Shown here in pieces: positions 59,701 to 64,000 of a stretch of 64,000 nt of DNA. The DNA is from Macrostomum lignano. Lineage: Eukaryota. The translations under genes and the position numbers were made by a program. The stretch spans positions 243,433 through 307,432 of the forward strand of contig NIVC01001355.1 in the NCBI GenBank assembly GCA_002269645.1, in the 5' to 3' direction. The notes under the pieces are model-generated. The model had not been told where the DNA came from and did not search any database. It saw only the letters and a program-made list of their open reading frames with translations. The stretch's first letter is position 1, and the number at the start of each line of letters is the position of its first letter.

Positions 59701-62700
59701 GGCAGTTGCTAGTTGCTAATTGTTGGCAGTTGCTAGTTGCTAATTGGTTGGCAGTTGCTAGTTGCTAATTGGTTGGCAGTTGCTAGTTGCTAATTGGTTG
59801 GCAGTTGCTAGTTGCTAATTGGTTGGCAGTTGCTAGTTGCTAATTGGTTGGCAGTTGCTAGTTTCTAATTGGTTGGCAGTTGCTAGTTGCTAATTGGTTG
59901 GCAGTTGCTAGTTGCTAATTGGTTGGCAGTTGCTAGTTGCTAATTGTTTGGCAGTTGCTAGTTGCTAATTGGTTTACAGTCGCTAGTTGCTAATTGGTTG
60001 GCAGTTGCTAGTTGCTAATTGGTTGGCAGTTGCTAGTTGCTAATTGGTTGGCAGTTGCTAGTTGCTAATTGGTTGGCAGTTGCTAGTTGCTAATTGGTTG
60101 GCAGTTGCTAGTTGCTAATTGGTTGGCAGTTGCTAGTTGCTAATTGGTTGGCAGTTGCTAGTTGCTAATTGGTTGGCAGTTGCTAGTTGCTAATTGGTTG
60201 GCAGTTGCTAGTTGCTAATTGGTTGCAGTTGCTAGTTGCTAATTGGTTAGCAGTTGCTAGTTGCTAATTGGTTGGCAGTTGCTAGTTGCTAATTGGTTGG
60301 CAGTTGCTAGTTGCTAATTGGTTGGCAGTTGCTAGTTGCTAATTGGTTGGCAGTTGCTAGTTGCTAATTGGTTGGCAGTTGCTAGTTGCTAATTGGTTGG
60401 CAGTTGCTAGTTGCTAATTGGTTGGCAGTTGCTAGTTGCTAATTGGTTGGCAGTTGCTAGTTGCTAATTGGTTGGCAGTTGCTAGTTGCTAATTGGTTGG
60501 CAGTTGCTAGTTGCTAATTGGTTGGCAGTTGCTAGTTGCTAATTGGTTGGCAGTTGCTAGTTGCTAATTGGTTGGCAGTTGCTAGTTGCTAATTGGTTGG
60601 CAGTTGCTAGTTGCTAATTGGTTGGCAGTTGCTAGTTGCTAATTGGTTGGCAGTTGCTAGTTGCTAATTGGTTGGCAGTTGCTAGTTGCTAATTGGTTGG
60701 CAGTTGCTAGTTGCTAATTGGTTGGCAGTTGCTAGTTGCTAATTGGTTGGCAGTTGCTAGTTGCTAATTGGTTGGCAGTTGCTAGTTGCTAATTGGTTGG
60801 CAGTTGCTAGTTGCTAATTGGTTGGCAGTTGCTAGTTGCTAATTGGTTGGCAGTTGCTAGTTGCTAATTGGTTGGCAGTTGCTAGTTGCTAATTGGTTGG
60901 CAGTTGCTAGTTGCTAATTGGTGGCAGTTGCTAGTTGCTAATTCTTTGGCAGTTGCTAGTTGCTAATTGGTTTACAGTCGCTAGTTGCTAATTGGTTCGC
61001 AGTTGCTAGTTGCTAATTGGTTGGCAGTTGCTAGTTGCTAATTGGTTGGCAGTCGCTAGTTGCTAATTGGTTGGCAGTTGCTAGTTGCTAATTGGTTAAC
61101 AGTTGCTAGTTGCTAATTGGTTGGCAGTTGCTAGTTGCTAATTGTTGGCAGTTACTAGTTGCTAATTGGTTGGCAGTTGCTAGTTGCTAATTGGTTGGCA
61201 GTTGCTAATTGGTTTACAGTCGCTAGTTGCTAATTGGTTGGCAGTTGCTAGTTGCTAATTGGTTGGCAGTTGCTAGTTGCTAATTGGTTGGCAGTCGCTA
61301 ATTGCTAATTGGTTGGCAGTCGCTAGTTGCTAATTGGTTTACGGTTGCTAGTTGCTAATTGGTTAGCAGTTGCTAGTTGCTAATTGGTTGGCAGTTGCTA
61401 GTTGCTAATTGGTTGGCAGTTGCTAGTTGCTAATTGGTTGGCAGTTGCTAGTTGCTAATTGGTTGGCAGTTGCTAGTTGCTAATTGGTTGGCAGTTGCTA
61501 GTTGCTAATTGGTTGGCAGTTGCTAGTTGCTAATTGGTTGGCAGTTGCTAGTTGCTAATTGGTTGGCAGTTGCTAGTTGCTAATTGTTGGCAGTTGCTAG
61601 TTGCTAATTAATTGGTTCGCAGTTGCTAGTTGCTAATTGGTTAGCAGTTGCTAGTTGCTAATTGGTTGCAGTCGCTAGTTGCTAATTAATTGGTTGGCAG
61701 TTGCTAGTTGCTAATTGGTTAGGCAGTTGCTAGTTGCTAATTGGTGGCAGTTGCTAGTTGCTAATTGGTTGGCAGTTGCTAGTTGCTAATTGGTTGGCAG
61801 TTGCTAGTTGCTAATTGGTTGGCAGTTGCTAGTTGCTAATTGGTTGGCAGTTGCTAGTTGCTAATTGGTTGGCAGTTGCTAGTTGCTAATTGGTTAGCAG
61901 TTGCTAGTTGCTAATTGATTGGCAGTTGCTAGTTGCTAATTGGTTGGCAGTTGCTAGTTGCTAATTGGTTGGCAGTTGCTAGTTGCTAATTGGTTGGCAG
62001 TTGCTAGTTGCTAATGGTTGGCAGTTGCTAGTTGCTAATTGGTTGGCAGTTGCTAGTTGCTAATTGGTTGGCAGTTGCTAGTTGCTAATTGGTTGGCAGT
62101 TGCTAGTTGCTAATTGGTTGGCAGTTGCTAGTTGCTAATTGTTTGGCAGTTGCTAGTTGCTAATTGGTTTACAGTCGCTAGTTGCTAATTAATTGGTTCG
62201 CAGTTGCTAGTTGCTAATTGGTTGGCAGTTGCTAATTGCTAATTGGTTTGCAGTCGCTAGTTGCTAATTGGTTGGCAGTTGCTAGTTGCTAATTGGTTTA
62301 CAGTCGCTAGTTGCTAATTGGTTGGCAGTTGCTAGTTGCTAATTGGTTGGCAGTTGCTAGTTGCTAATCTGTTGGCAGTTGCTAGTTGCTAATTGGTTGG
62401 CAGTCGCTAATTGCTAATTGGTTGGCAGTCGCTAGTTGCTAATTGGTTTACAGTTGCTAGTTGCTAATTGGTTAGGCAGTTGCTAGTTGCTAATTGGTTG
62501 GCAGTTGCTAGTTGCTAATTGGTTGGCAGTTGCTAGTTGCTAATTGGTTGGCAGTTGCTAGTTGCTAATTGGTTGGCAGTTGCTAGTTGCTAATTGGTTG
62601 GCAGTTGCTAGTTGCTAATTGGTTGGCAGTCGTAGTTGCTAATTGGTTGGCAGTTGCTAGTTGCTAATTGGTTGGCAGTTGCTAGTTCTAATTGGTTGGC

Positions 62701-64000
62701 AGTTGCTAGTTGCTAATTGGTTGGCAGTTGCTAGTTGCTAATTGGTTGGCAGTTGCTAGTTGCTAATTGGTTGGCAGTTGCTAGTTGCTAATTGGTTGGC
62801 AGTTGCTAGTTGCTAATTGGTTGGCAGTTGCTAGTTGCTAATTGGTTGGCAGTTGCTAGTTGCTAATTGGTTGGCAGTTGCTAGTTGCTAATTGTTTGGC
62901 AGTTGCTAGTTGCTAATTGGTTGGCAGTTGCTAGTTGCTAATTGGTTAGCAGTTGCTAGTTGCTAATTGGTTGGCAGTTGCTAGTTGCTAATTGGTTGGC
63001 AGTTGCTCGTTTCTAATTGGTTAGCAGTTGCTAGTTGCTAATTGATTGGCAGTTGCTAGTTGCTAATTGGTTGGCAGTCGCTAGTTGCTAATTAATTGGT
63101 TCGCAGTTGCTAGTTGCTATTTGGTTAGCAGTTGCTAGCTGCTAATTAATTGGTTCGCAGTTGCTAGTTGCTAATTGGTTAGCAGTTGCTAGTTGCTAAT
63201 TGGTTGGCAGTTGCTAATTGGTTGGCAGTTGCTAGTTGCTAATTGGTTGGCAGTTGCTAGTTGCTAATTGTTGGCATTGCTAGTTGCTAATTGGTTGGCA
63301 GTTGCTAGTTGCTAATTGGTTGGCAGTTGCTAGTTGCTAATTGGTTGGCAGTTGCTAGTTTCTAATTGGTTAGCAGTTGCTAGTTGCTAATTGATTGCAG
63401 TTGCTAGTTGCTAATTGTTGGCAGTTGCTAGTTGCTAATTGGTTGGCAGTTGCTAGTTGCTAATTGGTTGGCAGTTGCTAGTTGCTAATTGGTTGGCAGT
63501 TCGCTAGTTGCTAATTAATTGGTTGGCAGTTGCTAGTTGCTAATTGGTTAGCAGTTGCTAGTTGCTAATTGGCTGGCAGTTGCTAGTTGCTAATTGTTTG
63601 GCAGTTGCTAGTTGCTAATTGGTTGGCAATTGCTAGTTGCTAATTGGTTAGCAGTTGCTAGTTGCTAATTGGTTGGCAGTTGCTAGTTGCTAATTGGTTG
63701 GCAGTTGCTAGTTTCTAATTGGTTAGCAGTTGCTAGTTGCTAATTGATTGGCAGTTGCTAGTTGCTAATTGGTTGGCAGTTGCTAGTTGCTAATTGGTTG
63801 GCAGTTGCTAGTTGCTAATTGTTGGCAGTCGCTAGTTGCTAATTGGTTGGCAGTTGCTAGTTGCTAATTGGTTGGCAGTTGCTAGTTTCTAATTGTTGGC
63901 AGTTGCTAGTTGCTAATTGGTTGGCAGTTGCTAGTTGCTAATTGGTGTGCAGTTGCTAGTTGCTAATTCTTTGGCAGTTGCTAGTTGCTAATTGGTTTAC
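50709..64000. repeat. 25-bp satellite (GCAGTTGCTAGTTGCTAATTGGTTG)n, >13 kb, running off the window end
   Basis: Directly visible. No ORFs were called in it. Variant monomers recur at ~1.7 kb intervals. Confidence 0.98.

Noticed and set aside
50709-64000. Telomere repeat
   Set aside because: The unit is a 25-mer without TTAGGG or another short canonical telomeric motif, so it is treated as a satellite.

Overview
Repeat-rich eukaryotic (metazoan invertebrate) genomic DNA with small GT-AG introns. A flatworm such as Macrostomum is a plausible but unverified guess. Left to right: the 3' exons of a Caspr/neurexin-IV-like gene; an SLC9B/NHA Na+/H+ antiporter (minus strand); a full-length 5.9 kb APE-RT-RNaseH LINE with a 12-bp TSD, whose 5' end folds into an HDV-like ribozyme; a 2.65 kb Foldback-type element with a 9-bp TSD; a hypermutated AT-rich block containing a fossil Gypsy element; and METAP1. 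These are followed by a tandem cluster of three intact, diverged CUB + atypical C-type-lectin type-I membrane receptor genes plus a fourth remnant, two of them bracketed by inverted 2.2 kb LTRs. The last 13.3 kb is a 25-bp satellite with a ~1.7 kb higher-order repeat. Two tRNA-derived SINE families, MITE-like hairpins and many mini/microsatellites are interspersed. Single-base deletions in NHA and METAP1, and several frameshifts in the LINE, suggest long-read assembly errors. Exon models were built by hand from splice signals and reading-frame continuity; no database searches were run.
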